In this document: positions 1-9,815 of the stretch, piece by piece
Layout: every line of letters begins with the position of its first letter
Position numbering within the stretch: the first letter of the stretch is position 1
Assembly: GCA_017694345.1 (NCBI GenBank)
Contig: JADIMY010000086.1
Span: 1-43,406, forward strand
Origin: Candidatus Onthovivens merdipullorum
Lineage (GTDB): Bacteria; Bacillota_I; Bacilli_A; RFN20; CAG-826
Reading direction: 5' to 3'
DNA length: 43,406 nucleotides
Made by a program: the position numbers and the translations under genes
The notes under the pieces: model-generated
What the model was told of the DNA's origin: nothing
What the model saw: only the letters and a program-made list of their open reading frames with translations
Database searches by the model: none

Positions 1-94
1 TTTCATCTCTACTAAATTGGGAAATTGATTTATTTGAACATTTAAATTTCTTTACAGTTTCCAATCTTTCATAATCACTTTTGTATTTGCTCAT
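1..94 (-). CDS. Partial HTH protein, IS66 TnpA-like (MSKYKSDYERLETVKKFKCSNKSISQFSRDE...)
   Basis: ATG at 94 with GAGGTG RBS (101-106); frame is open to the window edge; 'F..S..S...F.R' pattern of transposase HTH ORFs. Not in the ORF track. Confidence 0.5.
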   Translation of the reverse strand, partial: MSKYKSDYERLETVKKFKCSNKSISQFSRDE

Positions 95-163
95 TTATAT
101 CACCTCGATGCTATTTTAAAATGAACAAATACTTTTGTTAGGGTGTTATTTATTTACGTTTAC
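1..163 (-). mobile_element. Probable left end of an IS66-family insertion sequence (runs off the window start)
   Basis: Minus strand from 163 reads GTAAACGTAAATAAATAACACCC, resembling the GTAAGCG-type terminal IR of IS66. A TnpA-like ORF starts about 70 bp inside it. Confidence 0.5.
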
Positions 164-203
164 GATAAAAAATTTGAATGGAATTTAAATTAATTTTAGT
201 ACT

Positions 204-242
204 AAAAAATTTAGAGCTAGTTGCAACCACGGTAACTAGCTC
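204..242 (-). terminator. Rho-independent terminator downstream of galT
   Basis: GAGCTAGTTGC/GTAACTAGCTC stem (214-242), followed on the minus strand by TAAATTTTTT. Confidence 0.7.
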
Positions 243-371
243 AAATTAATCATTAAGTACCATATTAGGTTATTCTTTAATTTTAAAAACTATTTTATTG
301 GCTTTAGGTGAATATTATTTGATTTCTTAAATTTTGTGTACGAATTTCAGTAAAAAATTAATCTTTAAATA

Positions 372-1916
372 CTACATAGCGGTTAAGCTGATGTTATTTA
401 AAAATTTCTCAAAACCTTGTTGACCTTTAGGAGTATCTTTAAAAACTGCAGTGTTTTCTAAGATATGGGTACAAGCATCGTTTACATAATCTATAACTAA
501 TTTATTAGCTTCCTCTTTTGTTATATATTTCTTTGCGTTAAATAACTTTTTAATCATATCTTTATGAACAAACAAATCGTTAGTTGGTTTATTTAAAGAT
601 GTTTCATCATATTTAGTTTTTCCACAAAGCATATCTTCTATTTCATTAAATTGTCTTTTTAACCTGCCAGGAAGAATGAATAACCCCATCGCTTCAATTA
701 AACCTATACTTTCTTTTTTAATATTGTGATATTCAGGGTGAACATGGAATATTCCATCAGGATATTTTTCGTTACAACGGTTATTTCTTAAAATGATTGT
801 AAATTTATAAATATCATTTTCTTTTCTTAAAATAGGGGAAACAGTGTTATGTGGAGTATTATCAGTGTGCGAAAGAATCTCATTATCTAAATCATCGTAA
901 TTTTCCCAAGTTTTTATTATTTTTTGAGCAAGTTTAATGACATTTTCTTTATTTTTACCATTAATTTGAATTGCACTATTATACCAATCTAAAATGCCTA
1001 ATTCTAAATCATTAAATTCACTAGAAGTAAAATGCTTTCTAATAGTAGCATAATGCATTGGCATTAAGTGAAGTCCGCCTTGAAAATGTTCATGATTTAA
1101 AATAGAACCGCCTATAATTGGAAGACAAGCATTACTTCCGATAAAGTAGTTAGGTAAATAATCGACAAAGTTGACTAATTTAATAGGCGTAGTTTCATCA
1201 ATTTTCATCGGATGATGATCTTCGTTAATAACTATACAATGCTCATTATAATATGCATAAGGAGAATATTGCATAAACCAGTTTTCGCCATTTAATTTAA
1301 GTTTAATTGTGCGTATATTTCTTCTAGCAGGATGAGTTAAAGTGCCTTCATACCCTTCATTTTCTTTACAAAGTAGACATAAAGGATATTTTTTATCTTG
1401 CTTAATTGTTAGTAGTTTTGCGGTATCTTTATTATTTTTTTCTGGTTTAGATAAGTTTATTGTAATTTCTAAGTATTTATTTGAATTAGTAGGTCTATAG
1501 GTCCACATTAAGTTTTTTTCAATAGCTGTTTTTTGAATATAATAATTAGCTATTGATAAATTAAATAAGTAGTCACAAGCTTTTTGTGGGCTTTCTTTTT
1601 TTAATTTAATAAATTCTTCATTAATTTTACTAGGTAATGGACTAAGTATTCCAAATATATCAACAATAAAAATGTCGAGATGTTCTTCATCAACTATTTT
1701 ATTTTCAAGTAAATATTCTTTTAATTTATTAACGATTAGATCAGGTCGATCTAAATCTTTAATATAAGATAAATCTAATTTTTCTCCTTCATAAGGAGAA
1801 TCAACCTTTAATTTTGAAAGTAAAACATTTTTAAAATAAATTTCATCAATTGGTGCTAAATCTAAATGGTCTTTAGCATATTCCATTAATTCTTCAATTA
1901 TTATTTTTCCATCCAT
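372..1916 (-). CDS. galT: Galactose-1-phosphate uridylyltransferase (type 2, Firmicutes)
   Basis: ITINLSKPEK, YPLCLLCKENEG, QYSPY.YYNEH, PIIGGSILNHEHFQGG and IGLIEAMGL motifs. Start moved to ATG 1916 (GGGGAAAAG upstream). Confidence 0.92.
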   Translation of the reverse strand: MDGKIIIEELMEYAKDHLDLAPIDEIYFKNVLLSKLKVDSPYEGEKLDLSYIKDLDRPDLIVNKLKEYLLENKIVDEEHLDIFIVDIFGILSPLPSKINEEFIKLKKESPQKACDYLFNLSIANYYIQKTAIEKNLMWTYRPTNSNKYLEITINLSKPEKNNKDTAKLLTIKQDKKYPLCLLCKENEGYEGTLTHPARRNIRTIKLKLNGENWFMQYSPYAYYNEHCIVINEDHHPMKIDETTPIKLVNFVDYLPNYFIGSNACLPIIGGSILNHEHFQGGLHLMPMHYATIRKHFTSSEFNDLELGILDWYNSAIQINGKNKENVIKLAQKIIKTWENYDDLDNEILSHTDNTPHNTVSPILRKENDIYKFTIILRNNRCNEKYPDGIFHVHPEYHNIKKESIGLIEAMGLFILPGRLKRQFNEIEDMLCGKTKYDETSLNKPTNDLFVHKDMIKKLFNAKKYITKEEANKLVIDYVNDACTHILENTAVFKDTPKGQQGFEKFLNNISLTAM

Positions 1917-1984
1917 AATTCTTTTCCCCATTAATATATTACCATAACTAGCGAACAATTACTTGAGCAATTCTTTTGGTTTTC

Positions 1985-2013
1985 TTGCTTTAAAAATATT
2001 ACTTTAATATAAT
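1985..2013 (+). promoter_or_regulatory. Sigma-A promoter of coaX-panT
   Basis: TTGCTT-17 bp-TATAAT. Confidence 0.7.
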
Positions 2014-2021
2014 TTAAGTCG

Positions 2022-2048
2022 TTCACGAGACCTTTTAGGCTTGTAGAG
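2022..2048 (+). ncRNA. pan RNA motif-like leader hairpin
   Basis: TTC-ACGAG(A)CC-TTTTA-GG-CTTGT(A)GAG hairpin with a bulged A on each strand, directly upstream of pantothenate genes and overlapping the RBS. Confidence 0.6.
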
Positions 2049-2057
2049 GAGGAAATT

Positions 2058-2813
2058 ATGATTTTAGTATGTGATCTTGGTAACACCATGATTAAATTTG
2101 GAGTCTACGATGGAGATAATTTATTAAATAATTTCTCGTTAAAGACTGATAAAAATAAAAGTAGTGATGAATATGGGGTATTACTTTATACTTTATTAAA
2201 AAATTGCCCAATTGATGGAGCGATTATTAGTAGTGTAGTGCCATCTTTAACTAAAAGTTTAAGCGAAGCAATTAAAAAAGTAACTGATGTTAATTCACTA
2301 ATTGTTTCAAAAAATATTAAGACTAAAATGCCTATTAAAATCGATAATCCTAATGAGCTAGGAAGCGATATGCTAATAGGAGCGGTTGGTGCATCTAAAT
2401 TATATAAAAATAGTATTTTAGTTGTTGATTTAGGAACTGCTAGTAAGATTTATGTAATCGATAAAAATAGTAATTTTATTGGTGGAATAATAAGTAGTGG
2501 ACTAATGACTAGTTTAAAAGCATTAGTGAATTCTACTAGTTTACTTTTAGAAGTTCCTTTAGTTTTTCCTAAAAAAGTAATTGGTAAAAATACTAAAGAT
2601 TGTATTCAAAGTGGATTATTAAATAGTGTAGTTTTTGAGATATTAGGTTTTAGTAAAGACTTTGAAAACGAACTAGGATATCCCTTAAAAAAAATAATTA
2701 CAGGCGGGTTTTGCAGGCTTTTTAAAGAAAAATTAATAGATTTTGAAGTTATCGAGAACTTGAATTTATTTGGTTTAAAAGAAATTTATAGGATGAATCA
2801 ATATGAGAAATAA
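2058..2813 (+). CDS. coaX: Type III pantothenate kinase
   Basis: DLGNT, SSVVP, ELGSD, DLGTA, GKNT..CIQSG and TGG motifs. Confidence 0.92.
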   Translation: MILVCDLGNTMIKFGVYDGDNLLNNFSLKTDKNKSSDEYGVLLYTLLKNCPIDGAIISSVVPSLTKSLSEAIKKVTDVNSLIVSKNIKTKMPIKIDNPNELGSDMLIGAVGASKLYKNSILVVDLGTASKIYVIDKNSNFIGGIISSGLMTSLKALVNSTSLLLEVPLVFPKKVIGKNTKDCIQSGLLNSVVFEILGFSKDFENELGYPLKKIITGGFCRLFKEKLIDFEVIENLNLFGLKEIYRMNQYEK

Positions 2814-3486
2814 AATTAGAATGATTGCCTATGATGCAATCTTAATAGCGATTATTATTTTATTTACTTTTGTAGATTATTTAGGATATATAAATTTAGG
2901 TGTAATCTCATTTACAACCATTCATATTATTGTTTTAATTGGAGCGAGCTTATTTGGATATAAAAGAGGAATGATTTATGGATTTATATTTGGATTATCA
3001 TCTTTACTTAAAGCTTTAAGCTACCCAGGAACAGCAAATTACTTTTTTATTAATCCTTTTGTAAGTATTTTACCTAGAGTTTTATTTGGATTTTTAGCTG
3101 GTTTAACTTTTGATTTATTTAAAAAATATTTTTCCCAAAAAACATTTAATATATTAGTTGCTCCAGCTTCTGGAGTTTTAACTTTTATTCATACTTTATT
3201 AACAATGCTATGTTTATATTTATTTGGTATTTTAGATCCATTTAAAATAAGTGCAGCACTTGGATTAACTCCTTTAATTGAAAATGGTGAAATTATGACT
3301 ACTTTAATTAGTTTTATTTCAATTGGTTCAGTTTGCGAAATTATTGCTGCAGCTTTACTTACAGGAGGAATTTATTTAATAATCTCTAAAAATTTTAAAA
3401 TTGGTCTAGTAAGCGAAGGAAATTTTAAAAGAAAAAATATTGAAACAAATAAAAATGTAGAAAAGCCAAATAGCATGGATAATTAA
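2803..3486 (+). CDS. panT: ECF transporter S-component, pantothenate (PanT-like)
   Basis: LGYI...SFT.IHI.V.IG, G..FG..SL and NPFVSILPR signatures; hydrophobic; overlaps coaX. Confidence 0.75.
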   Translation: MRNKIRMIAYDAILIAIIILFTFVDYLGYINLGVISFTTIHIIVLIGASLFGYKRGMIYGFIFGLSSLLKALSYPGTANYFFINPFVSILPRVLFGFLAGLTFDLFKKYFSQKTFNILVAPASGVLTFIHTLLTMLCLYLFGILDPFKISAALGLTPLIENGEIMTTLISFISIGSVCEIIAAALLTGGIYLIISKNFKIGLVSEGNFKRKNIETNKNVEKPNSMDN

Positions 3487-3541
3487 TAATTCTAAATGTA
3501 ATTTAGCTCAATTTTTATTATAATTTCTTCGAGGTAATTTT

Positions 3542-4906
3542 ATGGATATAAATTTTAAAAATTTAGTAAAAAAATACGAAGGCGAAAACTTAAAGACTTT
3601 AAAAGGATTAATAAAAATAAATAGTATTTATGATGAAAAAAGTGTTACTAAAGATAGTCCTTATGGAAAAGGCGTACAAAATGCTTTTAACTATGTGAAA
3701 GAAATTGCTTTAAAAGATGGATTTAAAGTTGATACTTGTGATGGACATTGTTTAGAGATTAGTTGTGGTGAAGGAAAAACTTTAGTAGGAATTTTTGCTC
3801 ATTTAGATACAGTACCTGTTAGTGGAAATTGGATGTATGATCCATTTGGTGGTGAAATTCACGACAATAAAATGTATGGAAGAGGAACAAGTGATGATAA
3901 AGGACCTGCAATTGCTGCTTATTATGCCTTAAAAGCTTTAAAAGACAACGATTTAATAAAAAATTACCGTGTAAAATTAGTTTTAGGTGGAGACGAAGAA
4001 AGAGGTTCATCTTGTTTAGAATATTATTTTAAAAATTTAAAAAAAGAAGAAGTAACTTATGGATTTACTCCTGATGGAGATTTTCCTTTAATTTATGGAG
4101 AAAAGGGTATAACAAATTATTGTGTTGAAGGAAAGATTTTTTTAGGACCTATTAAAGAGATTAACGCAGGAGTAGCTAGTAATAGTGTTATTGATAAAGC
4201 ACTTATAAAAACATTTGATAAAAAGAAATTATTAGATTATTTAGATAAACACCAAGATATTAAATTTGAAGTCTTAGAAGAAAACGATGATGAGATCACT
4301 ATTAATTTTATAGGCAAAAGTGCTCATGGTAGTGTCCCTCAACTTGGTATAAATAGTGGAATTATTGCTTTAGATACTTTAGGAAAGGCTTTTGATATTA
4401 AATTTTTAAAAGATTTAGCCAACGATTATAAAGATCCTTTTGGTAAAAATTTAAATCAATATTATAAAAGCGAGGAAATGGGAGAAACAACATATAATGT
4501 TGGTTTAATTTCTTATAAAGATGACTATTTTAAGATGACAGTTAATTTTAGATATCCTGAAATAGTGAGTTCTAAAAAGGTTATTGAAGAATTAAGTAAA
4601 GATAGTCCTTTGCCTATTAAAGTTTTAAGTGAATCTAGTTATTTATATTATCCACTTAATACCCCTTTTATTAAAACCCTTTACGAAGTATATGTTAAAG
4701 AAACTAATGATACAATTAATAAACCAATGACAATCGGTGGAGGAACTTATGCTAAAGAAGCAAAAAATATAGTTGCTTTTGGTAGTCACTTTGTTGGTAA
4801 AGAAGATCACATCCACGAAGAAAACGAAAAGATTGATTTAGAAGATTTATTTAATTCAATGAGTTTATATGCCCATGCAATTTATGCTTTAGGAAATCTT
4901 AAATGA
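3542..4906 (+). CDS. pepV: M20 family dipeptidase PepV
   Basis: AHLDTVP, GRG.SDDKGP, DEE, PDGDFP..GEKG, SAHG and GGGTYA motifs. Confidence 0.88.
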   Translation: MDINFKNLVKKYEGENLKTLKGLIKINSIYDEKSVTKDSPYGKGVQNAFNYVKEIALKDGFKVDTCDGHCLEISCGEGKTLVGIFAHLDTVPVSGNWMYDPFGGEIHDNKMYGRGTSDDKGPAIAAYYALKALKDNDLIKNYRVKLVLGGDEERGSSCLEYYFKNLKKEEVTYGFTPDGDFPLIYGEKGITNYCVEGKIFLGPIKEINAGVASNSVIDKALIKTFDKKKLLDYLDKHQDIKFEVLEENDDEITINFIGKSAHGSVPQLGINSGIIALDTLGKAFDIKFLKDLANDYKDPFGKNLNQYYKSEEMGETTYNVGLISYKDDYFKMTVNFRYPEIVSSKKVIEELSKDSPLPIKVLSESSYLYYPLNTPFIKTLYEVYVKETNDTINKPMTIGGGTYAKEAKNIVAFGSHFVGKEDHIHEENEKIDLEDLFNSMSLYAHAIYALGNLK

Positions 4907-5565
4907 GAGTAAAATATAACGAAAAAGCAGTTAGTTATTTAAACGAAAATTTAGAAAATAAATTGAGTTTTGAAGACTTTTTGAATGAAAAACATGACTT
5001 TTTATCTCAAAAAAAAGATTTTTATTTAGAAATCGGACCTGGAAAAGGAAAGTTTATAATAGACTTAGCAGCTCGCTATTTAAACTTAAATTTTATTGTC
5101 TGTGAAATAAATAAAACAATTGCAGGGTATTGTTTAAAAGCAGTTGATGAGAGCGATTTAAAAAATGTTAAAGTTTGTGACTTTGATTTTTATAAATTAG
5201 CTGGGGTTTTAAAAAAAGATTTTTTTAGTGGTATTTTTTTAAATTTTAGTGATCCTTGGCCTAAAAAAAGACATACAAAGAGAAGATTAACAAGTGATCA
5301 ATTTTTTAAAGAATACTTTAAGATTTTAAAATTAAATCACTATATATATTTTAAGTCTGACAATGATAGATTTTACGAATTTTCTTTAGAGCAAGCTAAA
5401 AAATTTAAATATGAAATAGTTTATAATAATCTTGATTATAAAGATGATGATTTATTTGATAGTAAAACAGAGTATGAAGAAAAGTTTTTACAAAAAGGTA
5501 TAAAAATTAAAAGGTTTATCGCTAAAAAAGTGGAGGATACAGTTGATGAAATTAACGAAAATTGA
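4903..5565 (+). CDS. trmB: tRNA (guanine-N7)-methyltransferase
   Basis: EIGPGKG, LNFSDPWPKKRH.KRRLT, FKSD and TEYEEKF motifs. Confidence 0.93.
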   Translation: MRVKYNEKAVSYLNENLENKLSFEDFLNEKHDFLSQKKDFYLEIGPGKGKFIIDLAARYLNLNFIVCEINKTIAGYCLKAVDESDLKNVKVCDFDFYKLAGVLKKDFFSGIFLNFSDPWPKKRHTKRRLTSDQFFKEYFKILKLNHYIYFKSDNDRFYEFSLEQAKKFKYEIVYNNLDYKDDDLFDSKTEYEEKFLQKGIKIKRFIAKKVEDTVDEINEN

Positions 5566-6619
5566 TGAAAGATATTTAAAAGATTTAACACAAATTATTG
5601 CTCCTAGTGGTGTTGAAAATGATATTGCAACCTATCTAATTTCTGAATTTAAAAAGATGAATTTAGAAATTATTAAAGATAACTTAGGGAGTGTTTTTGC
5701 TTTAAAAAAATCTAAAAATCCAAATGCTAAAAAAGTTATGCTTTGTGCTCATATGGATGAAGTAGGTTTTTATGTTAAAAATATCTTACAAAACGGAATG
5801 ATTAAAGTTGTGACGATTGGTGGTTTTAATTTATCAACTTTACCTAGTCAACGAGTCATCCTTGTTAATAAAAACGGAAAGAAATTTTATGGAATGGTCG
5901 ATGCTTTACCTCCACATCTATTAAATGGCGAGCAAAAAGGAATCAAAGAAGATGATTTATTATTTGATTTTGGCTTTAAATCAAAAGATGAAGTATTAAA
6001 TAACGATGTAAATATCGGTGATTTTATTGTTTGTGAAGGTGAATTTCATTATACATTTAATGAAGAATCAATAATTTCAAAAGCAATCGATGATCGAGCC
6101 GGTTTAAGCTTAATAATGTCATCATTAAATGAAATTCTTAATACTGATTTAGATTATGATTTATATATTGGAGGAACAGTTCAAGAAGAAGTTGGTTGTC
6201 GAGGAGCTTTAACTAGTTCTTATTTAATAAAACCAGATGTTGCAATTGTTGTAGATGTTTCTCCAGCTAGAGATTCTAGTAGTAGCGATGCTATAGGAAA
6301 ACTTGGTGAAGGAGTTTTAATTAGATATTTTGATCGAACAATGATTGCCAATAAAAAGTTACTCGATTTGCAAATTGAAGCTTGTAAAAATGTTAATGCT
6401 AAATATCAATATTTTGATAGTCCTGGTGGCACTGATGCTGGCTCGATTCATAAAAATTTAGGTGGAATCTTCACTTTAACTCATTGTATATGTGCTAGAA
6501 GTATTCATAGTGCTAGTACCTTATTTAGAGTTAGTGATTATTTAGCCGCAAAGAATTCTTTAATCGAATTACTAACTAATATTTTAAATTCTAATTTAAT
6601 CGAGGAGTTAAAAAAATAA
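5546..6619 (+). CDS. M42 family (glutamyl) aminopeptidase
   Basis: AHMDEVG, KAIDDR, QEEVG.RG, GGTDAG and R.IH motifs; GGAGG RBS. Confidence 0.9.
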   Translation: MKLTKIDERYLKDLTQIIAPSGVENDIATYLISEFKKMNLEIIKDNLGSVFALKKSKNPNAKKVMLCAHMDEVGFYVKNILQNGMIKVVTIGGFNLSTLPSQRVILVNKNGKKFYGMVDALPPHLLNGEQKGIKEDDLLFDFGFKSKDEVLNNDVNIGDFIVCEGEFHYTFNEESIISKAIDDRAGLSLIMSSLNEILNTDLDYDLYIGGTVQEEVGCRGALTSSYLIKPDVAIVVDVSPARDSSSSDAIGKLGEGVLIRYFDRTMIANKKLLDLQIEACKNVNAKYQYFDSPGGTDAGSIHKNLGGIFTLTHCICARSIHSASTLFRVSDYLAAKNSLIELLTNILNSNLIEELKK

Positions 6620-6620
6620 T

Positions 6621-7232
6621 ATGAATTATGGTTTATATTACAATAAAGAAAAATTAGGGGATATTTTATTTTTGATTATTGAAAGTAGCACTCATCCAAA
6701 TAAAATTTTAAAAAACGATGAATTTGTTTTACTTTATAAAGAAGAAAAATTAATTGGTATTAATTTTTTAAATATTTCAAATAAAGTTAATCTTAATACG
6801 ACTGGTTTAATTTCTTTGCCTAGTAAAGAATTAATAAATACATTAAATAAAATCCTTATATCTACAAATATTGTGATTCCTCAAAAAGAAAATAGCGGTT
6901 TTATTGTTTCAAAAATTATTGATATTGAGGAACATCCTGAAAGTGACCATCTCCATATTTGTAAAGTCGATTGTGGAGAGAAAGAACCTATACAAGTAGT
7001 TTGTGGCGGATATAACGCTAGACTTAATTTAAAAACTGTTTTAGCTAAGCCATATACTTTTATGCCAGATGGATCTGAGATTATTCCTTCTAAGTTATTA
7101 GGTATAGAAAGTTATGGAATGCTTTGTAGTGAAAAAGAGCTTCATTTAGATAAACTAGAATATAAAAGAGGAATCATTGAGCTTGATGAAGCTTATAGTA
7201 TCGGGGACGATTTTTTTAAAGTAATTCAATAA
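6621..7232 (+). CDS. ytpR: YtpR-like tRNA-binding OB-fold protein
   Basis: HPESDHLH.C.VD, VVCG..N and S.GMLCS..EL motifs; conserved position after the M42 gene. Confidence 0.82.
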   Translation: MNYGLYYNKEKLGDILFLIIESSTHPNKILKNDEFVLLYKEEKLIGINFLNISNKVNLNTTGLISLPSKELINTLNKILISTNIVIPQKENSGFIVSKIIDIEEHPESDHLHICKVDCGEKEPIQVVCGGYNARLNLKTVLAKPYTFMPDGSEIIPSKLLGIESYGMLCSEKELHLDKLEYKRGIIELDEAYSIGDDFFKVIQ

Positions 7233-7254
7233 AAATTTAAAAAAATTAAATTTA

Positions 7255-7290
7255 TACCCCCCACTACCCCTCAATTTTTTACCACTTGTA
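7255..7290 (+). promoter_or_regulatory. Putative regulatory region of the Tad-like operon (TACCCC x2, T-tract, TACCACTTGTA box)
   Basis: TACCCC at 7255 and 7265; TACCACTTGTA at 7280-7290 recurs at 15111-15121. Confidence 0.45.
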
Positions 7291-7307
7291 TATGTAAGGT
7301 GGTAAAG

Positions 7308-8345
7308 ATGAGAAAATTATTAATATTATTCACTTCATTATTAAGTCTAACTTCACTTGGATTCATAAAAAAGAATGCTTTAAGTAGTAAAAATTATACT
7401 GAAAAGACTTATAAAGCTCCTAGCTATTATCAAATTAAAAATTTTGTACATTCTTTTGATTCCAAAAATGAATATCTAGTAGGAGAAGTTCCTTTAACAA
7501 TAAAATTAATTAATACTCAATATTATGTTGGAATAAATTATATTGATAAAAATAATAAAGAAATAAATTTAATTGAAGAGACTGTTAGAGATAAAGTAAG
7601 TTCTTCAAATAAAAATTATACATTAGATTTTAAATTGCCTTTAGCTAATTTAAAAGCGAATAGTAAAATTACAATTTATATTGAAGCTCCTTTATTAAGA
7701 AATGAATTAGAGATTACTTATAATATTACAAACCCAAAAGAAATAATTGATTTAAGCGAGAATAATAAAATCTATTACAATTTTGAATATTTTAATAATA
7801 CTGGTAAAAATTACTTTTATGAAGTAGTTCCTACTAGTTTTATAGAATGCGAGAAAAATATTTTTTATTTCGATTATTTTTCTTTTAAAGATTTTTATAT
7901 TGAATCTAATTATAGTAATACACCAAATCCATATTTATATATTTACGATAAATCAACTTTGTTTTTGAATGTTTTTACAACCATGAGTGGGGAAAGTACT
8001 TCAAAAAAATTTACTCCTTTAATCTTAACTAAAGATGGAAATAAATATTATATAGGTTATAAAAATAAAATTTATTTAAATAAGAATAATAATATTATGT
8101 ATTTAAATAATTTAGGAAATTATATAGAAGTAGAAGATAGAATCTATATGCCTAGTAATTATTACTATACATATAAAGATTTTAAAATTGGAATTTACTT
8201 TAAAAATTTTTCCAGTTTTAAATATCGTTTAACTTATGAAATTGAAATTCATTTTGAAGAAAATTATCGAAAAGAAGATAGTGTAATTTATAAAGAATAT
8301 GGATATGTTACACAAGATGATGTTTTAGAAGGAGTAAAAGTATGA
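7308..8345 (+). CDS. Secreted or surface hypothetical protein, first gene of the Tad-like operon
   Basis: Signal-peptide-like N-terminus MRKLLILFTSLLSLTSLG; Tyr/Asn-rich; AAGGTGG RBS; overlaps the next gene. Confidence 0.6.
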   Translation: MRKLLILFTSLLSLTSLGFIKKNALSSKNYTEKTYKAPSYYQIKNFVHSFDSKNEYLVGEVPLTIKLINTQYYVGINYIDKNNKEINLIEETVRDKVSSSNKNYTLDFKLPLANLKANSKITIYIEAPLLRNELEITYNITNPKEIIDLSENNKIYYNFEYFNNTGKNYFYEVVPTSFIECEKNIFYFDYFSFKDFYIESNYSNTPNPYLYIYDKSTLFLNVFTTMSGESTSKKFTPLILTKDGNKYYIGYKNKIYLNKNNNIMYLNNLGNYIEVEDRIYMPSNYYYTYKDFKIGIYFKNFSSFKYRLTYEIEIHFEENYRKEDSVIYKEYGYVTQDDVLEGVKV

Positions 8346-8749
8346 ATGTATCAATATTTTTCTTTGTAACAGTAATATTTTTAACTTTATTTAATGGATT
8401 TAATATTGGAATAAAAGGAAACTATATTAGTAGAACTTTTATTGATTTACCTGTAAGTCTTATTAAATCTTGTGTTTTAGTAAATGAAGAATCATATGAT
8501 GAAAATTCTTCTTATTTTGATAAAAATAAGCTTGAAGAAAATGTTAAAGAATATCTTACGATAAACTTAAAAGAACATGTAGAATCATATAATTTATCGT
8601 TTTATTACTTTTATTATGATGAAAATTTGGATTTAATTTATGATTTAGGTAATTATCCAAAAAATGTGCAAATACATTTTAATGCTGATATTTATAAAAA
8701 CATCGATATTGACAAATATTTAGTATTTACAATGGAAGATTTATTTTAA
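8342..8749 (+). CDS. Hypothetical protein with N-terminal hydrophobic helix, possible minor pilin
   Basis: MNVSIFFFVTVIFLTLF, then a soluble domain; directly before the TadA gene. Confidence 0.45.
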   Translation: MNVSIFFFVTVIFLTLFNGFNIGIKGNYISRTFIDLPVSLIKSCVLVNEESYDENSSYFDKNKLEENVKEYLTINLKEHVESYNLSFYYFYYDENLDLIYDLGNYPKNVQIHFNADIYKNIDIDKYLVFTMEDLF

Positions 8750-8762
8750 AAAGGAAGAGATT

Positions 8763-9815
8763 ATGGAAAAAGAAAGACTTATTAATTTTATCGAAAATTC
8801 GTTTATTAAGGATTTATTAAATAATCCTAACATTACAGATGTATCTTATAATGGTGAAAATATCTTTTATCAAGATAATATGGTAGGTAGAGTTAAATCT
8901 AGTTTAGAAGTTACTCAAAAAGAAGTACTTGATTTTATCCGTCAAATCGCCAATTTAAGTGATAATCAATTTAGTTACACTGATCCGATTTTAGATATGT
9001 CGATTGGTCGCTATAGAATAAATGCGACACATATGGCAATTGCTAGAAAAAATAGAGCAAACGCAATTACCTTTTCAATTAGAATAGGCTATGATGAACT
9101 AAGAATTAAAGAAGATAATACTTTTATAAAAGATAAGGCAATTGATTTATTAAAATTATTTTTGAACCGAAATAAATCTATTGTTATAGGTGGTTTAACT
9201 AGTAGTGGTAAAACAGAATTTCAAAAATATTTAATCTCTAAACTTAAACCAGCTACTAGAGTAATTATTATTGATAATGTCGATGAATTAGATAGTGATT
9301 ATATTAATAAATCAATAGATTTACAAACTTGGTTAAATCTAGAAAAGTTTAAAAATATTAATTTTGATAATTTGATTAAAAATGCCCTAAGAAATAATCC
9401 TGATTATTTAATAGTAAGTGAAGCTCGAGGAGAAGAAATGCTTTCGATATTAAATAGTGCGATGAGCGGTCACCCAACGATTACAACATTACACTCTAAA
9501 GACATCTATTCAATGTATCATAGAATGACTAGATTATGTATGTTAAAAAATCAAAATCTAAAATTTAATGAAACTTTAGAAGACATTTTTGATCAATTTA
9601 AGCTTTTAATATATCTTAAAAAAGAGATTTCAAAAGATGGAAAAGTAATAAGATATGTCGATCAAATTGCGACAAATCGATTTAAAAATATAAGGCTATT
9701 ATTTAAATATCCTAATACTTATTATCAGATTCCTAACTCCATTAAATATGATTTAAATTTAAGCGATGAAGAATTTATAAGTTTTAAAACAAGATGGGAG
9801 AGTAATAATGCATAA
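8763..9815 (+). CDS. tadA: CpaF/TadA (VirB11-family) pilus assembly ATPase
   Basis: ITD...NG, FSIR, Walker A GLTSSGKT, LR.NPD...VSEARG.E and His box SGH...TTLH. Confidence 0.85.
   Translation: MEKERLINFIENSFIKDLLNNPNITDVSYNGENIFYQDNMVGRVKSSLEVTQKEVLDFIRQIANLSDNQFSYTDPILDMSIGRYRINATHMAIARKNRANAITFSIRIGYDELRIKEDNTFIKDKAIDLLKLFLNRNKSIVIGGLTSSGKTEFQKYLISKLKPATRVIIIDNVDELDSDYINKSIDLQTWLNLEKFKNINFDNLIKNALRNNPDYLIVSEARGEEMLSILNSAMSGHPTITTLHSKDIYSMYHRMTRLCMLKNQNLKFNETLEDIFDQFKLLIYLKKEISKDGKVIRYVDQIATNRFKNIRLLFKYPNTYYQIPNSIKYDLNLSDEEFISFKTRWESNNA

Noticed and set aside
4904-4906. Mycoplasma-type TGA=Trp code
   Set aside because: TGA ends pepV at its expected C-terminus, and conserved Trp residues use TGG
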